Assembly: GCA_044451265.1 (NCBI GenBank) | Contig: JBIOJX010000001.1 | Span: forward strand, 1,892-65,891 | From: Desulfobaccales bacterium | GTDB lineage: Bacteria; Desulfobacterota; Desulfobaccia; Desulfobaccales; 0-14-0-80-60-11 | DNA length: 64,000 bases | Reading direction: 5' to 3' | In this document: piece after piece, positions 22,100 through 30,572 of the stretch | Layout: each line of letters opens with the position of its first letter | Position numbering within the stretch: the stretch's first letter is position 1 | Notes under the pieces: model-generated | Told to the model about the DNA's origin: nothing | Database searches by the model: none | Seen by the model: only the letters and a program-made list of their open reading frames with translations | Translations under genes and position numbers: made by a program

Positions 22100-22654
22100 T
22101 CAAAATTCATCCAAGGCCCGCCAGCCGTAGCCCTGCAGATAGACCTCGAGCTTTTCCCGCCTTTCCCGGTATTTTTCTTCCCACAAAGGTTTGCAGGCCT
22201 GCAGGGAAATCTCGCCTTCCCGGAGGGCCGCGGCGTAGGCCATGCAAGTGGCATAGCCGCACAGTTTGCAGTTGGTCAGGGGCAATAGCTTCAAGATCTC
22301 CATGATCTTGAGGCCGGCCTGGCTCACGTAGCGAGGAGTGATGGTTTGCCGGCGCTCATAGATATCGTTGATCTGCGCCTGAATCCAGGTGAGCAGGGCC
22401 CGAGCCTCTTCCATGTCCCGGGCCCCGCGAATGGCGATTTTTTGAGGGTGCAGGGTGATCCATTTGCCGTCCGACAGCTTGAGCAGGAGCACCTGATTGG
22501 CTTGATCATAGTCCCAGCCGCCCAATTCGGCATTCACATAGGGGAAGGACGGGGAGATGTCCGCCTCGAATGTGGCGATGGCGTGCAGGACCTCTTTAGA
22601 GGAGTCCATCTTGGGACGGAAGATTTCAAAGTTTTCAATCTTCTCCAACAACAT
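22100..22654 (-). CDS. uncharacterised protein with C-terminal RnfB-type 4Fe-4S-binding domain (paralog 2)
   Basis: Same length (184 aa) and collinear with paralog 1, roughly two-thirds to three-quarters identical by eye. LPLTNCKLCGYATCMAYAAALREGEISLQAC. Confidence 0.75.
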   Translation of the reverse strand: MLLEKIENFEIFRPKMDSSKEVLHAIATFEADISPSFPYVNAELGGWDYDQANQVLLLKLSDGKWITLHPQKIAIRGARDMEEARALLTWIQAQINDIYERRQTITPRYVSQAGLKIMEILKLLPLTNCKLCGYATCMAYAAALREGEISLQACKPLWEEKYRERREKLEVYLQGYGWRALDEF

Positions 22655-22675
22655 GGTTCACCTTCCCCAGGGCTA

Positions 22676-23017
22676 TCAGGAACTTTTGGCGACGAATCCT
22701 CTTAATTTCTCCCAAGCACTTTTCCCATATTGCCACAAACAAGCGAAGACGCCGCCCACCAAAGCCGCTGAGCCGCCGCCCACCGGGCAGCCAGGAGTGC
22801 CTCAGAAGACACACACCGAGGAACTGGCATAGATCCCAAAGAAGACCAGCCACCAGCTACAGAATCTCAGCAAATGACCAATGACCGGGGAGTTATAGAA
22901 TCTCCCCTGCTCCAACTTAGCCGGTGGCGATATCTTGTCATCCAAAGGCTCCGTTGATTCTTGACAGCGGCAATTGGGGTCCTGGCAGACATGGGTTAAC
23001 TCACTATGAACCTGCAT
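22676..23017 (-). CDS. small Cys-rich membrane protein; possible selenoprotein with in-frame UGA (CVF-U) read-through, otherwise 71 aa ending at 22802
   Basis: Strong SD (TAGGAGAAGGC-ATG) 8 nt after the arsC stop. HVCQDPNCRCQ N-terminus plus a hydrophobic helix. The UGA at 22804-22802 is followed in frame by 41 sense codons encoding a second Gly-rich helix, ending 21 nt before the next gene. Hairpin GCUGCC-CGGUG-GGCGGC starts 10 nt after the UGA. Confidence 0.3.
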
Positions 23018-23025
23018 GCCTTCTC

Positions 23026-23442
23026 CTACGGCAGTTTTCCCTGTAGAAGCGGAATAAGCTGTTGTCGCATCTCATCGCGCACCTGCCGGAAGGTAGCCAT
23101 GATCTCTTCTTCGGTGCCGGTGGCCTGGGCCGGATCCGGAAAGCCGACGTGCATGACCTCGGTGTCTCCGGGGAAGAAGGGGCATTGCTGCTGGGCCTGG
23201 TCGCAGACGGTGATCACCAGGTCGAACTGTTCCCCGGCCAGGTCGTCCACCGACTTGGAGCGGTGATGACTAATATCGATTCCCAGCTCACTCATGACCT
23301 GGATGGCCCGGGGGTTGACCCGGCTGGGCCGCACCCCGGCGGAAAAGGCCTTCGCCTTGTCGGCCAGATCGTGGTTGACGAGACCTTCGGCCATCTGGCT
23401 GCGGCAGGCGTTTTCGGTACAGAGAAAGAGCACTTTAAACAT
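23026..23442 (-). CDS. arsC: arsenate reductase, thioredoxin-coupled LMW-PTPase type
   Basis: P-loop LFLCTENACRSQMAEG plus downstream Cys pair VITVCDQAQQQCPFFPG. Confidence 0.88.
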   Translation of the reverse strand: MFKVLFLCTENACRSQMAEGLVNHDLADKAKAFSAGVRPSRVNPRAIQVMSELGIDISHHRSKSVDDLAGEQFDLVITVCDQAQQQCPFFPGDTEVMHVGFPDPAQATGTEEEIMATFRQVRDEMRQQLIPLLQGKLP

Positions 23443-23487
23443 TTCTCTTCGTCCTATGGGCTGGTTAATTCAGCCTAAGCGGGGAGC

Positions 23488-23928
23488 TTAATCCAGTTCC
23501 TGTAGCCAGGCCTGGATACGGTGATCGACCTGGTCCCTGATGGCCCGGAACTTTGCCAGCTTTTCCGCCTCCGTCCTCGAAAGGGCCGCCGGGTCCTCAA
23601 AAGGCCAGAACAGCCGCGTTATGACGCCTGGGAAAACCCTCGGACAGGTTTTTTCGGCCTGGTCACAGACGATGATCAAAAACCGGATAGTCACCTTGCC
23701 CAAGAAATCTCCCACTCCCTTAGCATGTTGCCCGCTGAGGTCGAAACCGGCTTCCTCCATTACTTTAATGGTATAGGGGTTAATTGCCTTGGGTTCATAG
23801 CCGGCGCTGTACACCTCAAAGCGCTCTCCGGCATATTGTTTCAGAAAAGCCTCGGCCATTTGGCTGCGAGCCGTATTGCCGGTGCAAAGGAAAAGAACCA
23901 CCGGTTTAATGGCTTCCCCTTTATCCAT
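23488..23928 (-). CDS. second LMW-PTPase-type arsenate reductase / phosphatase paralog
   Basis: LFLCTGNTARSQMAEAF, IIVCDQAEKTCPRVFPG. Confidence 0.8.
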   Translation of the reverse strand: MDKGEAIKPVVLFLCTGNTARSQMAEAFLKQYAGERFEVYSAGYEPKAINPYTIKVMEEAGFDLSGQHAKGVGDFLGKVTIRFLIIVCDQAEKTCPRVFPGVITRLFWPFEDPAALSRTEAEKLAKFRAIRDQVDHRIQAWLQELD

Positions 23929-23967
23929 CGTCTTATATCTCCTTCATTAATCTGAATTTATGAAACC

Positions 23968-24201
23968 TCAGGCAATTATCTTTTTAATCTCCTCCACGCT
24001 GGGTACCTGGCCCACCACCTTAACCTCGCCGTCCACCACCAAGGCTGGAGTGGTGAAGATGCCGAAGGCCATAATCTTGCTCAGTTCGCTCACTTTCTCT
24101 ACTTCAAAGTCCCCACCGAGAGCTTTGGCCGCTTCTGTCGTCCGCTTGGCCAGTTCTACACATTTGGGGCAACCCGGACCCAAGACCTGTACTTTCTTCA
24201 T
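23968..24201 (-). CDS. small thioredoxin-fold protein (Thioredoxin_3 / redox-active disulfide protein 2 type)
   Basis: 77 aa: VQVLGPGCPKC...FGIFTTPALVVDGEVKVVGQVPSVEEIKKII. Confidence 0.85.
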   Translation of the reverse strand: MKKVQVLGPGCPKCVELAKRTTEAAKALGGDFEVEKVSELSKIMAFGIFTTPALVVDGEVKVVGQVPSVEEIKKIIA

Positions 24202-24231
24202 GGTTTAATTTCACCTCAGCTTATTTGATTT

Positions 24232-24627
24232 TTAGCCGCCGAACTGGCTAAGCTTCTCCGTGATATCCTTTTCCGCCAATTCCCCCAAGGCCATCCAAAG
24301 TACGTTGCCCTGGGCGTCGAGAAACAGCAGAGCCGGCGCCTGGGTAATGCGATATTTTTTGACGTATTCCTTGGCCTCCTTAGCCGTGGAATAATCGAAG
24401 CGCTTCAGGAGCCGCTTTCTTTCGCCGGTAAAGACATTGCCCACGATAATGTCCCCAGCTTGACATCGTTCCAAGGTGCAGCTACAGGCCTTGGTCAAGG
24501 TAATATATACCACCTGGTCAAGCTTCGGCTGCCAGCCGTAAGAAGCGCTGGGCCCGAAAATCCCCAAGAGCAATACTATAGTTAGAACGATCTTTTTAGT
24601 CTGCAAACTGCCCATGAGCCTCTCCAA
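24232..24627 (-). CDS. secreted thioredoxin-like-fold protein with CxC motif (paralog A)
   Basis: Signal peptide; VVYITLTKACSCTLERC; C-terminal ..APALLFLDAQGNVLWMALGELAEKDITEKLSQFGG. Confidence 0.6.
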   Translation of the reverse strand: MERLMGSLQTKKIVLTIVLLLGIFGPSASYGWQPKLDQVVYITLTKACSCTLERCQAGDIIVGNVFTGERKRLLKRFDYSTAKEAKEYVKKYRITQAPALLFLDAQGNVLWMALGELAEKDITEKLSQFGG

Positions 24628-24648
24628 TTGTCACTCCTGGAAATGGGT

Positions 24649-25029
24649 TCAACCACCGAATTGGGAGAGCTTGGCTGCTACGTCCTCCTTCGCCACCTCG
24701 CCCACGGCCATCCAGAGCATGTGTTTCTGACCGTCCAGTAAAATTAAGGCCGGTAACCTAATGAGGTGGTACTCGCCGATGTACGGCACCGCGGCTTGGC
24801 GATCGGTGTCATAATCAATGCGCGTCAACAATGCCTGGCGCGGCCCGGTAAAGGTTTTGTTCACCAAGGCATCCGCGTCTTGCACAACCTTGGCGGTGCA
24901 GCCGCAAGCTTTGCTCCTGGTTATATAAACGACTTGGGCCACCTTGGTTGTTTCGGCATGGGTCAGGACAGCCGCACCCAAGATCGCCAGAACTAAGATA
25001 CCAATAACACCATATTTCCCTTTCGCCAT
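24649..25029 (-). CDS. secreted thioredoxin-like-fold protein with CxC motif (paralog B)
   Basis: Signal peptide; VVYITRSKACGCTAKV; C-terminal ..LPALILLDGQKHMLWMAVGEVAKEDVAAKLSQFGG. Collinear with paralog A. Confidence 0.6.
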   Translation of the reverse strand: MAKGKYGVIGILVLAILGAAVLTHAETTKVAQVVYITRSKACGCTAKVVQDADALVNKTFTGPRQALLTRIDYDTDRQAAVPYIGEYHLIRLPALILLDGQKHMLWMAVGEVAKEDVAAKLSQFGG

Positions 25030-25111
25030 TTCTCCTCCCTCGCTGAGTTATTGGGTATTCATCGTAATCAAATTCTTTTAATTTAGTTAAGCGGCTGACC
25101 TTGATCTGCCC

Positions 25112-25282
25112 TTAACGGCTTACGCCCTTCAGACCATCTGAAGGATTATTACTGAAGAAATTAATGGAAGGCGAACAGCACTTATTATTTTGTCCAGCCG
25201 GCTTACCCAGGCTCAGAATTACCTGCAACATCAATGCAATCAAAGCCAAGAGCACAAAGACCAATATCCTGGATTTCTTCAT
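25112..25282 (-). CDS. possible small exported peptide with vicinal Cys pair (56 aa)
   Basis: Below the ORF-track cutoff. MKKSRILVFVLLALIALMLQVILSLGKPAGQNNKCCSPSINFF...; sits in the gap between two operon genes. No family recognised. Confidence 0.3.
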   Translation of the reverse strand: MKKSRILVFVLLALIALMLQVILSLGKPAGQNNKCCSPSINFFSNNPSDGLKGVSR

Positions 25283-25298
25283 ATAAAGTTCGCCTTGA

Positions 25299-25799
25299 TC
25301 ACCCCAGCGATGCTACAGTTTCCTGTAACCATTTTTTCAGCGCTTCCCGGTCGGGTACCTGGCCCACAGCCTTAACCTCATCATTGATCAGCAAAGCCGG
25401 AGTGCCAAAGACCCCTAACGCGGTAATTTCTTTCATATCCCGGACGTGCTCCACTTCCCCCGGAAGGCCCAACTCATCCAAGACCGCCATAACGGTCTGC
25501 TCCAACCGGTCGCAAGAAGGACAGCCGGGGCCCAGGATCTTGATGCTCAGCCCACCTCTTTCCTCTTCCACCTTCTCGCCCAGGGCCTTTTTAAATTCCC
25601 GCAAGAAGGCCCGTTTATAATCTTCCTGGGCGGAGGCGGGAATGTAGTTTCTGGGCTTAACCGCGGCAAACAAAGCCTGGGCGATCTCTTCCTCAGGACG
25701 CTCCCGCCAGGATTTGGCCTCTTCGATGGCGGCTTTCAGGCCGGTGATGCCGACCCGGAACCGACCGAGGGAGATCTGGGTGATATCCTCGTCGGGCAT
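25299..25799 (-). CDS. two-domain protein: unknown N-terminal domain + C-terminal Thioredoxin_3 domain (CPSC)
   Basis: ..IKILGPGCPSCDRLEQTV...FGTPALLINDEVKAVGQVPDREALKKWL. Start MPDEDITQ (ATG 25799) overlaps the 3' tail of the upstream gene. Confidence 0.7.
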   Translation of the reverse strand: MPDEDITQISLGRFRVGITGLKAAIEEAKSWRERPEEEIAQALFAAVKPRNYIPASAQEDYKRAFLREFKKALGEKVEEERGGLSIKILGPGCPSCDRLEQTVMAVLDELGLPGEVEHVRDMKEITALGVFGTPALLINDEVKAVGQVPDREALKKWLQETVASLG

Positions 25800-26581
25800 G
25801 ACTCCTTTTCGACCTCCTGATTTGCCATGTCTTGGGCCAAGGCCCATTCTCCGGGCGTTAGGTCTCCCTGGTCAAACCTTACCTCAAGCGTCCGAGCGAG
25901 GCCCTCTCGAATGGCCGCCTTGACCTCTGCAACCTCGGGTAGCCGCCCCAGGACCTCCTGGAGCGATGTGATCTGGCCTTCCAACTTAGTCTGCCGCGCT
26001 TCCGGCGAATCGGCGATACCCGGCCATAAACTGACTAATGTATCAATCTGTGGCGCTAAAATAATAGAGCCGTGCTGTAGCATGGAGGAGGCATGCCAGG
26101 TCTGGGCGCTTCCCACGAATTTTCTCTCCTGATACACAATGGAACCCAGGGTGCCCCGCAGGAAACAGATATCCATTTGAGGCGGTTTGATGACGCCGCG
26201 GCCCATGACTGCCTCAATCCCCAGCAGACGGAAACCTTGCAGCAGGCCGTCGCAGATCAGGCGGTAGGCCGCGGTGACCGCAGACGGTATGCCATCGTCG
26301 GTACCAGCGATGAAGGCGTAAGTGAGATCCCCCAGGTGCAGCACCGCCCGACCGCCGCTGGGCCGCCTGACGACCTCGATACCTAGGCGACGGCAAGCCG
26401 CCATATCCAAATTGTGGTTCTTCTGGCAATACCCCAGGGATACGGCGGGTGGGGTCCATTGGTAAAAACGCAAAGTAGGCGGCGACTTGCCGTTGGCGTG
26501 CAGCCCCAGGATAGCCTGATCGATGGCCATGTTGAGAGCGCCGGGCAGGGCCCCGGTATCTAAAAAACGCCAGGCGTTCAT
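25736..26581 (-). CDS. lipoate/octanoate-protein ligase family protein (LplA/LipM-like catalytic domain only)
   Basis: MNAWRFLDTG..NMAIDQAIL...LRFYQWTPPAVSLGY.Q......GIEVVRRPSGGRAVLH...RKFVGSAQ (catalytic Lys region). Confidence 0.85.
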   Translation of the reverse strand: MNAWRFLDTGALPGALNMAIDQAILGLHANGKSPPTLRFYQWTPPAVSLGYCQKNHNLDMAACRRLGIEVVRRPSGGRAVLHLGDLTYAFIAGTDDGIPSAVTAAYRLICDGLLQGFRLLGIEAVMGRGVIKPPQMDICFLRGTLGSIVYQERKFVGSAQTWHASSMLQHGSIILAPQIDTLVSLWPGIADSPEARQTKLEGQITSLQEVLGRLPEVAEVKAAIREGLARTLEVRFDQGDLTPGEWALAQDMANQEVEKESCPTRISPRSPSVGSGSASPA

Positions 26582-27453
26582 CGGATTTCCTTAAAAAATA
26601 CCGGCGCCTTATAGGAACTGCGCACCAAAGGCCCGGCGGCCACGCTTTTAAAGCCGAGCTTCAGAGCTTGCCGCTGCCAGGAAGCAAACTCCTCCGGCCT
26701 CACATAGCGGGCCACCGGGACATGGTGGAGGGAGGGGGTTAGATATTGACCGAGGGTAAGCATGTCACAATTGACCTGTCGTAAATCCTGGAGTACCTGG
26801 TTGATCTCCCGAGAATCTTCTCCCAGACCCAGCATCAGGCCGGATTTGGAGACGATTTTAGGGGCAAGCTTCTTGGCCTGCTCCAGCACCTTCAGGGAAC
26901 GCCCGTAATTTGCGCCCCGCCGCACTTGGGGGTAGAGCCGGGGCACGGTTTCCAGGTTGTGGGCCAGGATATCGGGTTGGGAAGCCAGCACCACCGCCAG
27001 GGTCTCCCTGGACCCGGCAAAATCCGGCACCAGGAGTTCTACCCGGACCCCGGGGCAGTGCTGCCGCAAGGCTGCCACTACCCGGGCATAATGGGCTGCA
27101 CCGCCGTCATGAAGATCATCCCGGGTCACCGAGGTAATGACCACGTGGCGCAGCCCCAACTCGGCCACCGCCTGGGCCAGGCGCCGGGGTTCGTCCGCCT
27201 CCGGTTCAGAGGGCCTCCCCTTCTTCACCGCGCAAAAGGCGCAACCCCGGGTGCAAACCTCCCCCAGGATCAGGAAGGTGGCGGTATGGTGAGAGAAGCA
27301 CTCGCCCTGGTTGGGGCAGTGGGCGCTGTCGCACACCGTGGGCAAATTGAGGCGGTCCAACAGGTCGCGGGTTTGCGAGACCATTTCTGCGCCTTGGCCT
27401 CGCTTGGCGCGGCGCACCTCGGTAATCAGCCACTCGGGAGCCGGCATAGACAT
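26578..27453 (-). CDS. lipA: lipoyl synthase
   Basis: Auxiliary-cluster motif CDSAHCPNQGEC (Cx4Cx5C) and radical-SAM motif CTRGCAFC (Cx3Cx2C). 291 aa. Confidence 0.93.
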   Translation of the reverse strand: MSMPAPEWLITEVRRAKRGQGAEMVSQTRDLLDRLNLPTVCDSAHCPNQGECFSHHTATFLILGEVCTRGCAFCAVKKGRPSEPEADEPRRLAQAVAELGLRHVVITSVTRDDLHDGGAAHYARVVAALRQHCPGVRVELLVPDFAGSRETLAVVLASQPDILAHNLETVPRLYPQVRRGANYGRSLKVLEQAKKLAPKIVSKSGLMLGLGEDSREINQVLQDLRQVNCDMLTLGQYLTPSLHHVPVARYVRPEEFASWQRQALKLGFKSVAAGPLVRSSYKAPVFFKEIR

Positions 27454-28841
27454 CAGGCGCCTCCCGGGGGCATATGAATGGCCTGGCCGTGGAGGGCCTG
27501 GGCCACTTCCAGTACTGCTTCGGATAAGCTGGGGTGGGCGTGGATGGTCTCCATAAGCACCCGGCTGGGGAGTCCGCCCCGCATGGCCACCGCGACTTCA
27601 TGAATCATATCCGCGGCATGGGGACCGATGATGTGGGCTCCTAAAATTTGGTCGGTCTGGGCGTGGGTGATGATCTTCACCAGTCCTTCCAACTCTCCCA
27701 GGCATTGTCCCATTCCCAAAGATTTGAAGGGAAAGCGAGCCACTTTGACAGGGTATTTGGCTTCGGCTTCCTCTTCCGAAACCCCCACCGCGGCGTATTC
27801 CGGGAGCGTAAAGGTGCAGCGGGGGACAACGTTATAGTCCATCCTGCTTCCCAGACCCAGGGCGTGCTCTGCGGCGCAGATGCCTTCGGCAAAGGCCACA
27901 TGAGCCAGCAGCCACCCTCCGATGACGTCGCCGGCGGCATAAATACCGGGGACGTTGGTCATCATGTGTCCGTCCGCCAGGACGCGTCCTTTTTCCATCT
28001 GGACGCCCAATTCTTCCAGGCCCAAACCCTCGGTATTGAAACGCCGCCCGGTGGCCAGGAGGATGGTGTCAGGGGCAAGGTCGGACCGGTCGTCCAGGCT
28101 ACAGGTAAAATTCTCCGCCTCTTCCTCCACAGAGCACACCTGGATACCACACTTGACCGTGATCTTGCGCCGCTTCAGCACCCCCGCCAGATACTCCGCC
28201 ATCTCGGCGTCGTCGTAAGGCAGCAGGCGGTCCATCACCTCCACCAGGGTCACCTGGGAACCCAGTTCCCGGAAAATGGCGGCCATTTCCACCCCGACCG
28301 CGCCGCCGCCCACTACCAGCAGATGTTGGGGAAGGTAGTCGAGAGTGAGAATCTCGTCGGCCAGGAAGACCCGGGGGCTCTGTGGAAACCCAGGCAGGCG
28401 GGCTGGCCGAGAACCGGTGGCAATTACCACTTTGGCGGTTTCCACCAAGTTAAGCTTTCCATCCTTCTCCACTTCGATCTTATCAGCGGCAATGAGCCGG
28501 CCCCGGCCTTCCACCAAGGCGATGCGATTCGCCTGAAAGAGGCCGGCAATGCTGCGGCGCAGCCCCGTAACCACCCGCTCTTTCCGGGCGATAATGGCCT
28601 TGATGTCGGGGTTCGCTTCCACTGGCTGAAAGCCATACTCCCGGGCCCGGCGCATAGACCTGGCCACCTCGGCGGAAGCCCGTACCGTCTTGGTGGGGAT
28701 GCAGCCCCGGTTGAGGCAGACACCGCCCAGGAAGCCTTCCTCCACCACCGCCACCTTCGCGCCCAATTGAGCCGCTCGGATCGCTCCCTGGTAACCCGCC
28801 GGGCCGCCACCCAGAAAAGCGATGTCAAAATGTTCCGGCAT
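27453..28841 (-). CDS. lpdA: dihydrolipoyl dehydrogenase (E3-type flavoprotein disulfide reductase)
   Basis: FAD fold GGGPAGY, redox disulfide GGVCLNRGCIPTK, NAD fold VVGGGAVGVE, C-terminal HAHPSLSE. Confidence 0.93.
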   Translation of the reverse strand: MPEHFDIAFLGGGPAGYQGAIRAAQLGAKVAVVEEGFLGGVCLNRGCIPTKTVRASAEVARSMRRAREYGFQPVEANPDIKAIIARKERVVTGLRRSIAGLFQANRIALVEGRGRLIAADKIEVEKDGKLNLVETAKVVIATGSRPARLPGFPQSPRVFLADEILTLDYLPQHLLVVGGGAVGVEMAAIFRELGSQVTLVEVMDRLLPYDDAEMAEYLAGVLKRRKITVKCGIQVCSVEEEAENFTCSLDDRSDLAPDTILLATGRRFNTEGLGLEELGVQMEKGRVLADGHMMTNVPGIYAAGDVIGGWLLAHVAFAEGICAAEHALGLGSRMDYNVVPRCTFTLPEYAAVGVSEEEAEAKYPVKVARFPFKSLGMGQCLGELEGLVKIITHAQTDQILGAHIIGPHAADMIHEVAVAMRGGLPSRVLMETIHAHPSLSEAVLEVAQALHGQAIHMPPGGA

Positions 28842-28851
28842 GAGATTACCT

Positions 28852-29274
28852 TTACTGGATCACGATGTCCGGTTTAATAACCAGTTCGGACTTGAAGGAC
28901 TGGTTGATGGTGGAGTACTTCATGGCCATGTCGAGGGCCCGCTGCACCATCTCTTTGGATTTGCCCTTGACTACGATCCTGGGATAAAAGGTCACCCGCT
29001 TGAACCAGGAGGTGCGGTCCAGGTGTTCTTCCACCTCACCTTCGACGTCGATTTGCAGAGATACCAGGTCCATCTTAAAGCGTTCCGCGGCCCAGACCAC
29101 CATCATGAAGTAGCAGGTATTGGCCGAGGCCACAAAGGCGTCTTCCGGAGTAAGGACACCTGCCTTTCCAAACAGGTCCGGTGGCGCCGAGAATTCCATT
29201 TCCACGCCATTTTGCATCCAGGTATACCCCAGATGCTCGCCCCGCCACTCCACTTTATTCTTATAAATTGCCAT
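28852..29274 (-). CDS. OsmC/Ohr-family thiol peroxidase-like protein
   Basis: ..LTPEDAFVASANTCYFMMVVWAAE.. and the overall OsmC pattern. Likely start MAIYKNKVEW. Confidence 0.8.
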   Translation of the reverse strand: MAIYKNKVEWRGEHLGYTWMQNGVEMEFSAPPDLFGKAGVLTPEDAFVASANTCYFMMVVWAAERFKMDLVSLQIDVEGEVEEHLDRTSWFKRVTFYPRIVVKGKSKEMVQRALDMAMKYSTINQSFKSELVIKPDIVIQ

Positions 29275-29287
29275 AGGTGCTCCTTGG

Positions 29288-29698
29288 TTATTCTTCTTCC
29301 AAAACCTCATCTACCGCCTTGGCGATTTCCGCCGCCACCGCCTTGACCGCGGCTTCTTCCTCCGGCCCGAAGTGACGCAGTTTGGTTGGGGGCTTTAAGC
29401 CGTGCTTCTGGAGAATCTCGGGGATGGAGAGCGACTTGGCAGGCTTGCCCGACAGCATCTCCGTGGCCTTAGCGGCGCAAAGCTTGTCGCAGCCGTCCAC
29501 CGTGATGGTGGGGTAGTCGGATGCAAAGGTGCGCTCTTCTTCCCCTCCTGCGATAAAAAGGGGCAGGCAGATGGTAACGGTCTCTCCGGGGCGTTCATCC
29601 AGCACTTTGCGGCAGGCCAGGCGGCACAGGGTGCCCTCGGGAATTTCTTCGCCGCTACAGGAGACCACACCCACTTTCATGACCTGGATGTCCATCAC
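29288..29698 (-). CDS. DGC-domain (putative Zn/thiol-binding) protein
   Basis: VGVVSCSGEE...TICLPLF...PTITVDGCDKLCAAK matches the CSG...C...DGCxxxC layout of PF08859-type proteins. Confidence 0.8.
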   Translation of the reverse strand: MMDIQVMKVGVVSCSGEEIPEGTLCRLACRKVLDERPGETVTICLPLFIAGGEEERTFASDYPTITVDGCDKLCAAKATEMLSGKPAKSLSIPEILQKHGLKPPTKLRHFGPEEEAAVKAVAAEIAKAVDEVLEEE

Positions 29699-30108
29699 TT
29701 CCCCTCCCCGGCGGCCAGCTCGTCCACCACTTTCGCCACTTCTTCCGCGGCCACCGCCGCCAGCTTCCGGCCGGTCTCATTCACTTCAGAGATGCCCTCG
29801 GGCTTGAGGTCTTTGTGCTCTTTGTAGAACTTGATGGCCTCGAAAGCCTGGTCCACCGCTTTGCCCAGGGCCTCGACGCTTTTTTTGGCGCAGTCCTTGG
29901 GGCAGCCGTCGATGGTGATCACCGGGTTCCCGGTGACCAGGGCCACCGCCTCGGGGTCCTTAATTACCAGGAGTGGCAGGCAGGTGGTCACCACCATGTC
30001 GGGCCGCACCCGCTCCAGCAGTTCATACATGGTCTCCCGGGCCAGGGCGCCATAGACCTTGCCGATGCCGCTGCAGGGGAGCACCACCACCTTCTTATGC
30101 TTACCCAT
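29695..30108 (-). CDS. DGC-domain (putative Zn/thiol-binding) protein
   Basis: VVVLPCSGIGK...TTCLPLL...PVITIDGCPKDCAKK. ATGA overlap with the downstream DGC paralog. Confidence 0.8.
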   Translation of the reverse strand: MGKHKKVVVLPCSGIGKVYGALARETMYELLERVRPDMVVTTCLPLLVIKDPEAVALVTGNPVITIDGCPKDCAKKSVEALGKAVDQAFEAIKFYKEHKDLKPEGISEVNETGRKLAAVAAEEVAKVVDELAAGEGK

Positions 30109-30556
30109 AAAGCTTCTTTGCCTCCCGGGCGATCTTGTCCTTCATTGCCTCGGAATATTCCTTGGCGTCCATGAGTTGGGCTTTGTCGCCTTCGGGGTCG
30201 CTGAGTGCGATGCGATAGATCCAGCCGGCGCCGTAAGGGTCGTGGTTGATCAGGTACGGGTTGGCATCCATTTCTGGATTGACCTCTGCTATTTTGCCGG
30301 AAACCGGTGAGATGATCGCGAAGGTAGCCTTGATGGTCTCGATCTTGCCGATCTCCTGGCCCCGCTTGACCTCGGCGCCCGGATCCACGGTCTCCAGGAA
30401 AGCCACGTCGCCCTTGGCCTTCTGTTGGAAATCGGTGAGTCCCACGGTGGCCACGTTCCCCTGGATATCCGCCCAGAATTCTTCCTGGCTATACAGATAG
30501 CCCTCTTTCACTTTGAAGATGAATTTCTCGTACCGATGTTCCAGAAATTCCGCCAT
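30101..30556 (-). CDS. GcvH-like lipoyl-carrier protein
   Basis: ..ATVGLTDFQQKAKGDVAFLE...GKIETIKATFAIISPVSGKIAEVN...DPYGAGWIYRI. The Lys of ETIKA aligns with the lipoyl-lysine of ESVKA in GcvH. Confidence 0.88.
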   Translation of the reverse strand: MAEFLEHRYEKFIFKVKEGYLYSQEEFWADIQGNVATVGLTDFQQKAKGDVAFLETVDPGAEVKRGQEIGKIETIKATFAIISPVSGKIAEVNPEMDANPYLINHDPYGAGWIYRIALSDPEGDKAQLMDAKEYSEAMKDKIAREAKKLYG

Positions 30557-30572
30557 AACCGGCTCCTTTCCT

